Position numbers and translations under genes: made by a program
Shown: in pieces, positions 1 to 8,946 of the stretch
Position numbering within the stretch: position 1 is the first letter of the stretch
How the letters are laid out: each line of letters opens with the position of its first letter
Origin: an uncultured Solibacteraceae bacterium
Lineage (GTDB): Bacteria > Acidobacteriota > Holophagae > Holophagales > Holophagaceae
Reading direction: 5' to 3'
Length of the DNA stretch: 64,000 bases
NCBI GenBank assembly: GCA_964472275.1
Contig: CAYYJN010000006.1
Span: forward strand, 9,122 to 73,121
The notes under the pieces: model-generated
What the model was told of the DNA's origin: nothing
What the model saw: the letters and a program-made list of their open reading frames with translations, nothing else
The model's database searches: none

Positions 1-822
1 CTGCTCGCGCACGAGGCAGGGGATCGCCTTGGCGGGGTTGTTCGGGTCGAGCAACTGGGGCTGGATGCTGTAGCGCACCTGCTGACCCACCTGCACGAAG
101 AGCACCTTCGCGCCGTCCAGATGGCCATAGGGATCGAGCAGCGTGTTGCCCGTGCTGCCGCCACCCGCCGCCTGGAGCGTGTTGGAAGGCGTGATCACGA
201 CCTGATTGCCCGCGCCCGCGGCGACATTGGCGATGCCCCGGCCCGACAGGTTGTCCTTGAAGACGAGGGCCATGCCCTTCTGAACCTGAGAGGCCTGCGG
301 CGCGCTACCGCAATCCACCGTGAAGGTGGTGACGCCGGGCACGGTGGCGACGGCTCCAGACTGGACCGCCGTGGCGACGAGGCTGTTGGTTCCGGCGATG
401 GCGCCTTTCAAGGTGCCTTCGAAGGAGAGGGCTTCGTCCGAATACATGAGGAGCTGGTCGGAGGTGACGACCAGATCGCTGCCATCCGCGTTGCCCTTCG
501 CGATGGTCACGGGGACATTGGGAGCGATGGCGAAAAGCGGATTGGCCCCGCTGATGGGAATGCTTTGGGGGGCTCCCGCCGCGATGTCCGTGGGCAGGAG
601 GAACATGCCCGCGGTGTTGAGGTCGTCATAGAGGATGTCCAGCGAGAGGCGGTTCCGGCGGGCGCTCGACATCTTTTCGCCCGCGGTGTAGAAGGTGCCG
701 AGGCTGGCCTGGAAGACCTTCGCCATGCCCGCCATGAGCAGCGCGGTGAACACCATGGCCACCAGCAGCTCGACGAGGCTGAAGCCTGCGTTCCGGGAGG
801 GGAAGATGCGACGGTTAGCCAT
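1..822 (-). CDS. type IV pilus minor pilin / pseudopilin, PilW-like (3' end beyond window)
   Basis: Absent from the ORF track because it runs off the left edge. My reverse-complement translation from the ATG at 822 gives MANRRIFPSRNAGFSLVELLVAMVFTALLMAGMAKVF. This is a prepilin cleavage/methylation motif followed by a hydrophobic helix. The start overlaps the upstream pilin stop by 8 nt. Confidence 0.7.
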   Translation of the reverse strand, partial: MANRRIFPSRNAGFSLVELLVAMVFTALLMAGMAKVFQASLGTFYTAGEKMSSARRNRLSLDILYDDLNTAGMFLLPTDIAAGAPQSIPISGANPLFAIAPNVPVTIAKGNADGSDLVVTSDQLLMYSDEALSFEGTLKGAIAGTNSLVATAVQSGAVATVPGVTTFTVDCGSAPQASQVQKGMALVFKDNLSGRGIANVAAGAGNQVVITPSNTLQAAGGGSTGNTLLDPYGHLDGAKVLFVQVGQQVRYSIQPQLLDPNNPAKAIPCLVREQ

Positions 823-1330
823 GGTTGAGGGTCCGGGTGAGGGTGACGGTGCGGGTCACGAGCGGGCCGCCCTGGGTGGAGGCCTCCTGGAAGGTGACGA
901 TGGTGGTGACCACGGCGAGGGTTCCCGTCGCGCCCGTGTAGGTGCCCGCGTTGGCGGAGGTGGTGGTGGCGGTGAAGTAGGCGGTCTTATCCACCGCGTT
1001 GGCCGCGTTGGCGTCCGGGTGCGCGCCTTTGTAGGTGAACTGCTCCACCACTGGCGCGGCGCCGAAGTAGTTGTTGGGATAAGTGACGGTGCCGCCGTAG
1101 GTCTGCGTCTGGAGCGTCTGGCGGGACTGGGTCTCGACGGCATCGAGCACATGGTTCGCCACCAGCACGGCCGTGTTGTAGCCGCGGGAACGGGTGTTGG
1201 ACTTGAGGGCGACGGTCTCCAGGGCGGCGAGGCCGAGCAGGCCAACCGCCATGATGAAGGCTGCCACCAGCAGCTCCACCAGGGAGAAGCCGGATTGGCG
1301 GAGACGCCGGGAAGGACGCGGAAGGTTCAT
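815..1330 (-). CDS. type IV pilus minor pilin, PilV-like
   Basis: Uses the internal Met (aa 100) of ORF 815..1627. The product starts MNLPRPSRRLRQSGFSLVELLVAAFIMAVGLLGLAAL, a prepilin N-terminal methylation motif with a PilV-style GLLGL helix. There is an ATGA overlap with the upstream gene at 1330. Confidence 0.75.
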   Translation of the reverse strand: MNLPRPSRRLRQSGFSLVELLVAAFIMAVGLLGLAALETVALKSNTRSRGYNTAVLVANHVLDAVETQSRQTLQTQTYGGTVTYPNNYFGAAPVVEQFTYKGAHPDANAANAVDKTAYFTATTTSANAGTYTGATGTLAVVTTIVTFQEASTQGGPLVTRTVTLTRTLNHG

Positions 1331-1992
1331 CACAGGCGCCTCCAGGTGGTCGCGTTGGTGCCCTTGTAGAACTTCATGATGCTGGTGCCGCCGTTGGTGA
1401 CGAGCACGATGCCCATGGGCGCGCCGGGAAAGGGCTGCCCGGCCTTCAGGCCCACCACGGCCACGAAGAAGCCGTTGCTGAAGCGCTGGGTGTAGCCGTT
1501 CACATTGATGGTGCCGTTCACGGCGCCGGTGAACAGGTTGTTGCCCAGGGCGCTGAGGTAGGGCTCCGTCGTCCAAGGCGAGATCGTCTTCAGGTTCGGC
1601 GCGGCTCCGAGGGCCGTGGTCATCCACGCGGCATTGTTCGCGTCCACCACGCCCGCCTCCATGTGGTCCCGGCGCTGGGCGCCGACGCCCGTGAAGGTGG
1701 ATTTGAAGGCGCCATCGCCCGTGCCATCGGTCTTCACATAATCCAGGAAGAGCGGCGTGGCGCCGGTCCAGGTGCCGTTGGTCGTGAGCGTCACATTGCC
1801 CAGGGTGGTCTTGGCGTTCTCCTGGGCGGCGTAGAGGGTGCCTTCCACTTCGCTCATGACGGAGCGGACGGCTTCCTCCTGGCGGCCTTGGGTGAAATAG
1901 AACGCGCCCGCCGTGGCCAGGATGCCGACGATGGCCAGCACGACCAGCAGCTCGATGAGCGAAAAGCCCGTACTCCGGGATCTCATGCGCAT
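1330..1992 (-). CDS. prepilin-type pseudopilin (FimT/GspH-like), first gene of the minor-pilin operon
   Basis: Uses Met15 of ORF 1330..2034. The product starts MRMRSRSTGFSLIELLVVLAIVGILATAG, a canonical prepilin leader plus G|FSLIELLVV. An alternative start lies at 1986. Confidence 0.75.
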   Translation of the reverse strand: MRMRSRSTGFSLIELLVVLAIVGILATAGAFYFTQGRQEEAVRSVMSEVEGTLYAAQENAKTTLGNVTLTTNGTWTGATPLFLDYVKTDGTGDGAFKSTFTGVGAQRRDHMEAGVVDANNAAWMTTALGAAPNLKTISPWTTEPYLSALGNNLFTGAVNGTINVNGYTQRFSNGFFVAVVGLKAGQPFPGAPMGIVLVTNGGTSIMKFYKGTNATTWRRL

Positions 1993-2065
1993 GAGGACCT
2001 CGACGAAAAGGGTGGAAGGGACGAGAAGGTGCAACCAGAAATTTTATGAGCTTGATGCTGCTTCA

Positions 2066-2093
2066 TTTATACGCCCGAGGAGAACCTTGTCAC
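2066..2093 (-). promoter_or_regulatory. candidate sigma-70 promoter of the pilin operon
   Basis: The minus strand reads GTGACA-16 nt-TATAAA (2093-2088 and 2071-2066). It sits in a locally AT-rich stretch about 75 nt upstream of the 1992 start. Confidence 0.35.
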
Positions 2094-2109
2094 AGGATTC
2101 TCAAGATGA

Positions 2110-2128
2110 ATGACTAAATTTTAGTCAT
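2110..2128. promoter_or_regulatory. perfect AT-rich palindrome, candidate operator/activator site
   Basis: ATGACTAAA-T-TTTAGTCAT has 9-bp perfect arms. It lies about 20 nt upstream of the putative -35 of the pilin operon and overlaps the priA stop codon (2125-2127). Confidence 0.35.
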
Positions 2129-4407
2129 ACCGTGAAACCGTAGGGATCCCGATCCAGACTCAGGCTCCCGCCCGGCGGAGGCGGCGCCACCCGCAGCGCT
2201 TCGCCGATGGCTTCCCGATTCGGAGATTTCACCAGGAGCTGGAAGCGCCAGCGGTCCTTGAGCCTGGCCACCGGGGCTTCCAGTGGGCCAAGGACGCGAA
2301 GGCCCGACACGCGGGCCAACCGCGCCTTGATGGCGGCGAGGGCTTCTTTGGCCTGACCGGGCTCCTCCGCCTCGGCGCGATAAAGCGCCAGGGCCGCGAA
2401 GGGCGGATAGGCGAGGGCTTCGCGATAGGGCAGCTCCGCCGCGGCGAAGCCTTCGAAATCCTGGGCCACCGCGTGCTGGATGGCCGGATGGTCCGGCGCG
2501 TAGGTCTGGAGGATGACCCGTCCCGGGCGTTCGCCACGGCCCGCGCGGCCAGCCACCTGAGTGAGCAATTGGAAGGTGCGTTCGGCGGCGCGGAAGTCGG
2601 GGATCTTGAGGCCCTGGTCCGCGCCAAGGATGCCGACGAGCGTGAGCTTCGGGAAGGTGTGGCCCTTGGCGAGCATCTGGGTGCCGACGAGCAGATCCAC
2701 CTCGCCGTGCTCCGCCGCGAGCAGCGCGGCCTCCAGCGCGCCGCGCCGCGAAGTCGTGTCCCGGTCCAGGCGGAGGATGCGCGCGGACGGGAAGAGCCGC
2801 GTGAGTTCTTCCTCCACCCGCTCGGTGCCTTCGCCCACACCGCGCAAGTGGACTTCGCCGCAGAAGGGGCAGGCTTCGGGCGGAGCCGCTTCGTGCCCGC
2901 AGAGATGGCATTTGAGCCGATGCGCGGCGCGATGGAAGGTGAGGCTCACCGAGCAATGGGGGCAATCGAGGCTCTGGCCGCAGGCGCGGCACATCCAGAA
3001 AGATTCGTAGCCGCGCCGATTCAGCAGCAACATCGCCTGCTCGCCTTTGGCCAACGCGGCTTGGATGCCCGCCATCAATTGCGGCGAGAAGAGCACCTTC
3101 TTCCGCGCGGCTTTGTAAGCTTCGCGAAGGTCCACGACTTCCACCGTCGGCATGGTCACGCCCGCCGGCCGTTCCGTGAGGCGGTGCAGCGCGTAGCGTC
3201 CCGTTTGAGCCGCGTGCCAGCTTTCCAGCGAAGGCGTCGCCGATCCGAGCACCACGGGGCAGCCTTCGATCTGCGCCCGTTTGATGGCGAGATCCCGGGC
3301 CTGGATGCGGGGATGTTCCTCGGACTTATAGGAACCTTCGTGCTCTTCATCCACGATGACGAGGCCGATGCCGCGGAGCGGCGCCAGCACCGCGTTGCGG
3401 ACGCCGACGAAAAGGTCAGCCCCATCCTGGAGCAGCCGCACCACATCCGCCTGCTTCTCAGTGGCGTTGAGGCCGGCGTGGCCCACGGCGACGCGGCCGG
3501 GAAAGCGCGCCTCCAGCCGCGCCAGCAGCCGTGGCGTGAGGCCGATCTCGGGCACGAGCCACAGCACGCGTTGGCCCTTCGCGAGCGCGCGGCCCGCCAG
3601 ATCCAGGTAGACCTCGGTCTTGCCCGAGCCGGTCACGCCATGGAGCAGATGCGCGTGGAAGGACCCCAACGCGATGGCGTCCGCGACGGCGCGCTGTTCG
3701 GCGTTGAGCGTCACGGCCCGGTCCACCCCCGCTTCGCGCTTCTGGGAGAGCGGCTCCAGGCGTTTGAGTCGCTCGATGAGGCCATGGCGTTCCAGCGTGC
3801 CCAGCACCCCGCCGCTCACCCGCGCGGCGCGCAGCAGCTCCGCCTCCAGCAACGCACCGCCCGCGTCCTCCAACGCCAGCAGCACGCGAGCCTGTTGCTC
3901 CGTGACGCGGGACGGATGCGGCTGCGCCGTGCGCCGCACTTCGGTCAGGCCCGCGCCGCGGAGGTCCTCCCTGTGCAGCAGCGTGGGCAGCGCGATCTCC
4001 CCCGCGTGCCAGGCGTCGCCAACACCGACGAGCTCCGCCCACGCGCCCGCGTCGCGCAGCGCGGAAAGGCGGCGCCCATCCGGGATCTCAGCGTCCCACC
4101 GCGGCTTCAGGGCCTGGGGCAGCGCCAGGGGAAGCAGGCTCGCCTCCGCCACGCCGTAGTAGCGCGAGGCGAAGGCCAGGAGCTCCCGCAGCTTCGGTGG
4201 CAGAAGCGGGAAGGGATCGAGGGCTTCCTCGATGGGCTTGAGCTTCGCCGCAGGTGGCGCGGGGTCCGGGCCCAACACCAGCCCGACCGCCGATGAAGCC
4301 CGCACTTTCACCTTCACCCGCACTCCCGGCGGCAGCCCTTCCGGCGCGAGATAGGTCAGCGGCGGAAGCGGCCGGTTGAGGGCGATGCGGGTGGGGATGA
4401 GCGTCAT
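2125..4407 (-). CDS. priA: primosomal protein N' (replication restart helicase PriA)
   Basis: Walker A GVTGSGKTEVY and DEEH box IVDEEHEGSYK are present. A Cys-rich zinc module reads CRACGQSLDCPHCSVSLTFH...CHLCGH...CPFCG. The start is taken at Met13 (4407), giving an ATGA overlap with the upstream gene. Confidence 0.93.
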   Translation of the reverse strand: MTLIPTRIALNRPLPPLTYLAPEGLPPGVRVKVKVRASSAVGLVLGPDPAPPAAKLKPIEEALDPFPLLPPKLRELLAFASRYYGVAEASLLPLALPQALKPRWDAEIPDGRRLSALRDAGAWAELVGVGDAWHAGEIALPTLLHREDLRGAGLTEVRRTAQPHPSRVTEQQARVLLALEDAGGALLEAELLRAARVSGGVLGTLERHGLIERLKRLEPLSQKREAGVDRAVTLNAEQRAVADAIALGSFHAHLLHGVTGSGKTEVYLDLAGRALAKGQRVLWLVPEIGLTPRLLARLEARFPGRVAVGHAGLNATEKQADVVRLLQDGADLFVGVRNAVLAPLRGIGLVIVDEEHEGSYKSEEHPRIQARDLAIKRAQIEGCPVVLGSATPSLESWHAAQTGRYALHRLTERPAGVTMPTVEVVDLREAYKAARKKVLFSPQLMAGIQAALAKGEQAMLLLNRRGYESFWMCRACGQSLDCPHCSVSLTFHRAAHRLKCHLCGHEAAPPEACPFCGEVHLRGVGEGTERVEEELTRLFPSARILRLDRDTTSRRGALEAALLAAEHGEVDLLVGTQMLAKGHTFPKLTLVGILGADQGLKIPDFRAAERTFQLLTQVAGRAGRGERPGRVILQTYAPDHPAIQHAVAQDFEGFAAAELPYREALAYPPFAALALYRAEAEEPGQAKEALAAIKARLARVSGLRVLGPLEAPVARLKDRWRFQLLVKSPNREAIGEALRVAPPPPGGSLSLDRDPYGFTV

Positions 4408-5729
4408 TGCGGTCCGGTTTTGGGGACGGTCATCCGCGCCCACTGCGCGGCGGACTGCTCATCCCCGCAGCGGCGGGCCAACTCGGACGCCCATCGCGGC
4501 AGACCCGCGGAGGGCCGCCATTCCATCGCCTCCCGCACCACCCGGTCAGCCTCGTAGCCCTGCCCCTGGCGGAGGTAGGCCTCGACCAGGGGAGAAAGGA
4601 GCCGATCCCAGTCACCTTCTAGGGTATCCATTGGCTTCCCATCCCGCCCCAGCATGAAGAATCTCCTGGGATGCTCCCTCTGGTCGTTCCACCAGGGCTG
4701 GACCAAGTCCACGATGTCTCTCCAATGGTTCGCGCGTTTGGCCCCGTAGATGTATCCGCTAAGGCTGAATTCATCTGGAATCACCTTGGAGTTGGGCAGG
4801 GGAAGCGGAGTGAGCGAATCAAGGAGCGGACGAAGGGGGCGACCGCCGGCGACTTCCTGGAGGCGGACCCAAAGACTCCAAAGGTCGTAGTCATCCGGAC
4901 GAGCTCGGAGACCATCCTCGATTTGCGGGAGGCATCGCGAGGCTTCTTGCTGCATGGTGGGCGATAGTCCAGCGCCCGCCATCCGGAGCATCAACGACCA
5001 AACTCCAGTCAGGTCCTTCAGAGACTGGGCTCGCTCTCCCGTGCCCATCAATCTCGCTACCGGCCCCCAGATGCGCTCGTCTTCGCCTTCTGGCAGCGGT
5101 TTCGAAAGAGATGGAGGATCGGGAAATTGGGGTAAGCCTCCACCGTCCACCGGTGGCTTCTTGTAGGTCAGGTAGGGCTTCATCAAGGTTCTCGCCAGGA
5201 AAACCCGCTTGCCCAGTAGCGCGCTCAGCGCGTCCATCCGATCAGGGTGACTTCCCAGAAAGGCGGTGAGGACCTGGATAGGCCCCTGAATGCCTCGGCG
5301 CTCAACCAATGATTTGAGGAACTCCGCAGATGGAAGCGTCGTCCCGGAATCGAGAACGCTCCCGTCCTTATCCACCAGCGCCCAGCGGGTTTCACCACTC
5401 CACCGCTCTCTCGCGCACAGTTCTTTGCCGAGCATTGAGGCCTGGGGAATCACCCATTGGCCGATGCCCGTCTCCAGAAGGAATGGATCCGAGTCGAGCG
5501 TTTTTTTCAATTCGCCCGTCCAGTCCTGTGAAACGCCGGACAGCAGAACCCATTGGGCCCACCCATCCTGTTTCACCTTGGCAACCCACTCCACCAGGGT
5601 GTTTGGTGTGGAAGCTCCTTCCGAATCTGGGCGGGCAACCATGGCTGCTTGGGCCGCCAGCGGCACGGCGAGGGCGGGAAGGATCAGGGCGGCGGCGCGG
5701 CGCATTCGGCTCTCGGAAAAGGCCAGCAT
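4404..5729 (-). CDS. hypothetical exported protein
   Basis: 441-aa ORF with a signal-like N-terminus (MRRAAALILPALAVPLAAQA). I recognise no motif. G+C is visibly lower than its neighbours (line 4741 is 32/60). It is translationally coupled to priA. Confidence 0.6.
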   Translation of the reverse strand: MLAFSESRMRRAAALILPALAVPLAAQAAMVARPDSEGASTPNTLVEWVAKVKQDGWAQWVLLSGVSQDWTGELKKTLDSDPFLLETGIGQWVIPQASMLGKELCARERWSGETRWALVDKDGSVLDSGTTLPSAEFLKSLVERRGIQGPIQVLTAFLGSHPDRMDALSALLGKRVFLARTLMKPYLTYKKPPVDGGGLPQFPDPPSLSKPLPEGEDERIWGPVARLMGTGERAQSLKDLTGVWSLMLRMAGAGLSPTMQQEASRCLPQIEDGLRARPDDYDLWSLWVRLQEVAGGRPLRPLLDSLTPLPLPNSKVIPDEFSLSGYIYGAKRANHWRDIVDLVQPWWNDQREHPRRFFMLGRDGKPMDTLEGDWDRLLSPLVEAYLRQGQGYEADRVVREAMEWRPSAGLPRWASELARRCGDEQSAAQWARMTVPKTGPQ

Positions 5730-5740
5730 ACAATTGAACG

Positions 5741-6760
5741 ATGCTGGTCCTTGGCGTGGAAAGCTCCTGCGACGACTGCTCCGCGGCGGTGGTGGAGGAG
5801 ACGGCGCGCGGACCGGTGTTGAAATCGCTGGTGCGGCGCAGCCAGGACGCGCTGCACGGACCTTTCGGCGGCGTGGTGCCGGAGCTGGCGGCGCGGGAGC
5901 ACTTGCTCCAGGTGCGCGGGACGATCCAGGAGGCGTTGGACAAAGCGGGCGTGAAGCCTGCGGACCTCGATCGCGTGGCCGTCACGCGCGGGCCTGGCCT
6001 CGTGGGCAGTCTGCTTTGTGGCTTCAGCGCGGGCAAGGCGCTGGCGTGGCGGGAGGGCAAACCCTGGGTGGGCGTCCATCACCTCCTCGGCCATCTCAAC
6101 GCCGCGCGCTTCGACAACCCGGATCTGCCCTTCCCCGCGCTCGCGCTGCTGGTGAGCGGCGGCCACACGCACCTCTACCTCGCCCGGAACTGGACGAGCC
6201 TGGAGCTCCTCCGCAAGACCCGGGACGACGCCGCGGGCGAGGCCTACGACAAGGCCGCGCGGGTGCTGGGCCTGGGCTATCCCGGCGGTCCGCCGGTGGA
6301 TGATTGCGCGCGCAAGGCGCCGAAGGCGGCCGAGCCCTTCACGGCGCCGCGCTTCCGCGACGGCCTGCCGGCCTGGAGCTTTTCCGGCATCAAGACCGCG
6401 CTCAAACTCCGCGTGGAGCGCGATCCGCGCCTCGCCACCGCCGGAGCGGAGGACGCGGAAGTGCAGGCCCTTTGCCGCAGTCTGCAGGAGGCCATCGCCG
6501 CCTGGCTGTTGAAGCCCATTCCCGACATCGCCCGGGAGCACGGCGCGAAAAGCCTCATCCTGAGCGGCGGCGTGGCCTGCAATTCTGAGCTGCGATCGCG
6601 AGCGACGGCGCTCGCCGAACGCGAAGGCCTCGCCCTCGCCATTCCCGAACCGAAACTCTGCACGGACAACGGCGCCATGATCGCCGCCGCCGGCGCGTTA
6701 CTGCCCGTGGAAGGCGGCTTCGCCCTCAACGCCGATTCCGACCTCCGTCTGGGAGCTTGA
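5741..6760 (+). CDS. tsaD: tRNA N6-adenosine threonylcarbamoyltransferase TsaD
   Basis: MLVLGVESSCDD at the N-terminus, the metal-binding HHLLGH motif and a GGVACN C-terminal motif match the Kae1/TsaD family. Confidence 0.93.
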   Translation: MLVLGVESSCDDCSAAVVEETARGPVLKSLVRRSQDALHGPFGGVVPELAAREHLLQVRGTIQEALDKAGVKPADLDRVAVTRGPGLVGSLLCGFSAGKALAWREGKPWVGVHHLLGHLNAARFDNPDLPFPALALLVSGGHTHLYLARNWTSLELLRKTRDDAAGEAYDKAARVLGLGYPGGPPVDDCARKAPKAAEPFTAPRFRDGLPAWSFSGIKTALKLRVERDPRLATAGAEDAEVQALCRSLQEAIAAWLLKPIPDIAREHGAKSLILSGGVACNSELRSRATALAEREGLALAIPEPKLCTDNGAMIAAAGALLPVEGGFALNADSDLRLGA

Positions 6761-7045
6761 ATGGATGTCACCCGCGACGATGTGCTCCGCTGCGCCAAGC
6801 TCGCGAGGCTCAGCCTTCGCGAAGACGAGATCGAACCCATGCGCCGCGCCATGGCTCAGCTCCTGACCCGCGCCGAAAAGCTGAACGATCTGCCGCTCGA
6901 CGGCGTGGAGCCGCTGCTCCACGCGCTGCCGCTCGTCCTGCCCCGCAGGGAAGATGTGCCCGGCGAATGCCTCAGCCAGGAAGCGGCGCTCGCCAACGCG
7001 CCCGAACAGCGCGAAGGGCACTTCGTCGTTCCGAAAGTGCTCTAA
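6761..7045 (+). CDS. gatC: Asp/Glu-tRNA(Asn/Gln) amidotransferase subunit C
   Basis: The 94-aa product reads MDVTRDDVLRCAKLARLSLREDEIE...LDGVEPL..REDV, a typical GatC. The ATG immediately follows the tsaD stop. Confidence 0.9.
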   Translation: MDVTRDDVLRCAKLARLSLREDEIEPMRRAMAQLLTRAEKLNDLPLDGVEPLLHALPLVLPRREDVPGECLSQEAALANAPEQREGHFVVPKVL

Positions 7046-7058
7046 CGGGATCCAAGCC

Positions 7059-7205
7059 CTTGGGCTACAGGCTTCGGGCTACACGGTTCAACCGACTTGA
7101 CTCCAAACGGATCGTCAGCCTACGACTCGAATCCAAGTCGTAGGCTGACGATCAACGCCGGATGGGTCGGCAGAAACCGCGTAGCCCGTAGCCCGAAGCC
7201 CGAAG
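7059..7205. repeat. intergenic palindromic element, copy A (GGGCTAC/CTTCGGGC word arms)
   Basis: Word-repeat arms lie at 7059-7086 and 7177-7205. A perfect 17-bp central hairpin spans 7110-7126/7137-7153. The core GATGGGTCGGC (reverse complement of GCCGACCCATC) is at 7161-7171. The element sits between convergent gatC and 7213..7785. Confidence 0.8.
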
Positions 7206-7212
7206 TCTCGAT

Positions 7213-7785
7213 TTACCAATCCGATCCGCCGGAATCGCCGCCGCCGGAATCACCCCAGTCGGAGCCGCCGGAGGAATCGGACTCGCCCCAGTCCTGGCTC
7301 TGGCCGGAGTCGGATGAGCCTGACGAATCCCATCCGCCGCCGTTGTTGGATGAGCGGTTGCCGCCGCTGAGCATTTCGCCGATGAGCATGCCGGTGAGCA
7401 TGCCGCCCAGATTCGGCCCCGGATTCATGGGCGCATAACCCTGCTGCTGGGCCAGCATTGCAGGGTCCGGATCGAGACCCAGGCGGCGGCGCGTGGCGGC
7501 CGGGAGTTCATCGTCCTTCAGCTCCTGGATACCGGCTTGAGCGCCGCAGTAGCCGCAGGTCCACTTCACCGTGCGGGTGCCGTCGTAGTTGGCCTTCATC
7601 CCATCGCCGGAGGCGCCGCAGGCGGGGCACTTGGCGTAGGGCGAGACGAAGGCGTGGTCGCCAGCGATGTGCCCGCTGGTCATGCCGCGCTTGGCCGCGC
7701 CCATCTGCTCGGGACGGTCGCCTTTGCCCCGCATGGCGAAGTAGATGACCGCGATGACGATGAGGATGACGATGAAGGCGGCCAT
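7213..7785 (-). CDS. membrane-anchored zinc-ribbon protein with Gly/Ser/Asp-rich tail
   Basis: N-terminal TM segment MAAFIVILIVIAVIYFA, then CPACG...CGYCG (4-Cys ribbon) and a Gly-zipper GGMLTGMLIGEML. The tail carries repeated SDW/DW units (GGGWDSSGSSDSGQSQDWGESDSSGGSDWGDSGGGDSGGSDW). Confidence 0.65.
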   Translation of the reverse strand: MAAFIVILIVIAVIYFAMRGKGDRPEQMGAAKRGMTSGHIAGDHAFVSPYAKCPACGASGDGMKANYDGTRTVKWTCGYCGAQAGIQELKDDELPAATRRRLGLDPDPAMLAQQQGYAPMNPGPNLGGMLTGMLIGEMLSGGNRSSNNGGGWDSSGSSDSGQSQDWGESDSSGGSDWGDSGGGDSGGSDW

Positions 7786-7830
7786 GGTCGGACTCCTGCG
7801 CTAGGACCCCTAGGATGTCAGAATCCAGCC

Positions 7831-8946
7831 ATGACCTCCCACTTCGATCGTCCTGGGCCATGGCGGGTGCTGGGGCTCATGTCCGGCACCTCCGCCGATG
7901 GCGTGGACGCGGCGCTCATCGAAGTGGACCCAGGCGGCTTCGATGGCGGCGCGCCCTTCCTTCGCCTGCTGGGTCACGCGCACACGCCCTATCCGGCCGA
8001 CCTCCGCGAGGCGGTCCTCGCGGCGGCGGGCAATCGCCTGGACCCGGCGGCTCTGTGCATCCTTCAGCGAAAGCTCGGCGACCATCACGCGGAGGCCGCG
8101 GCCGCGCTCTGCGCGGACCTTGGGCTCGCCGCCGACCTGGCGAGTCTCCATGGCCAGACCGTTCAGCATCAGCCCGGCGATGGCGCCACGCTCCAACTCG
8201 CCGACCCCTTCGTACTGGTGGAGCGGCTGCGCTGCCCCGTGGTCTTCGACCTGCGCCGCCGCGACATGGCCCTGGGCGGCCAGGGCGCGCCGCTGGTGCC
8301 GAAGGCCGAGCTATGGCTGCACGGCGCGGACCGGCCTTTCCTCGCGCTGAATCTGGGCGGCATCGCCAATGCGACGATCTGGGACGGGCACCAACTCCAC
8401 GCCTGGGATCTAGGGCCGGGCATGAGCCTGCTCGATCTCGCGGCGAAGCGTTGGCTTGGCATGGACTACGATCCCGATGGCCGCCACGCCTCCGGCGCGG
8501 TGGATGAAAGCAAGATCGCAACCTGGCTCCAGCATCCCTACTTCCATCTCGCGCCGCCCAAGTCCACCGGCCGCGAGATGTTCGGCGAAGCGTGGCTGGA
8601 GGCGGAAGCGCCCGCGCTGGAGCGCCTGCCCATCGCGGATCGGCTCGCCACCCTCACTGCCTTCAGCGCCGCGGCCATCGCCCACGAACTGCACCGCGTC
8701 CGCCTTCCCCTTTCCGGCGGCCTCCTCAGCGGCGGCGGAGCCATGCACGAACGCCTGCGCCGTGAACTCGCGAGCCGCTCGCCCGCCCTCGCCTGGCGCG
8801 TGGACAAGAGCCTGCCGCCCGGAAGCCGCGAAGCCGTGAGCTGGGCCCTCCTCGGCGCCGCCAGCGCCGCCGGATTCCCCGCCAACTTCCCCCCCGTCAC
8901 CGGCGCGACGAAAGAAGCCATCCTGGGAGCGTGGGTGTTCCCGTGA
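7831..8946 (+). CDS. anmK: anhydro-N-acetylmuramic acid kinase
   Basis: Uses the internal Met (aa 99) of ORF 7537..8946. GLMSGTSADGVDAAL is present at the N-terminus, along with ...DMALGGQGAPLVP. Confidence 0.88.
   Translation: MTSHFDRPGPWRVLGLMSGTSADGVDAALIEVDPGGFDGGAPFLRLLGHAHTPYPADLREAVLAAAGNRLDPAALCILQRKLGDHHAEAAAALCADLGLAADLASLHGQTVQHQPGDGATLQLADPFVLVERLRCPVVFDLRRRDMALGGQGAPLVPKAELWLHGADRPFLALNLGGIANATIWDGHQLHAWDLGPGMSLLDLAAKRWLGMDYDPDGRHASGAVDESKIATWLQHPYFHLAPPKSTGREMFGEAWLEAEAPALERLPIADRLATLTAFSAAAIAHELHRVRLPLSGGLLSGGGAMHERLRRELASRSPALAWRVDKSLPPGSREAVSWALLGAASAAGFPANFPPVTGATKEAILGAWVFP

Noticed and set aside
1993-2124. A sigma-54 (-24 GG / -12 GC) promoter upstream of the pilin operon, prompted by CTGGTTGCACCTTCTCG on the minus strand.
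   Set aside because: Ten nucleotides after the GG the sequence is TC, not GC, so spacing and consensus do not fit. A sigma-70-like GTGACA-16-TATAAA is the better reading, itself only moderately supported.
2114-2992. The Arg/Pro-rich 292-aa ORF and other alternative-frame ORFs inside priA.
   Set aside because: They are on the same strand as priA but out of frame, with extreme R/P/G composition. priA motifs occupy the other frame.
7097-7438. The 113-aa plus-strand ORF with a striking P/E/S-rich repeat (PPESPPPESPQSEPPEESDSPQS).
   Set aside because: It is the antisense reading of the G/S/D-rich tail of 7213..7785 and starts inside repeat copy A. The minus-strand gene has a TM segment and a zinc ribbon supporting it.
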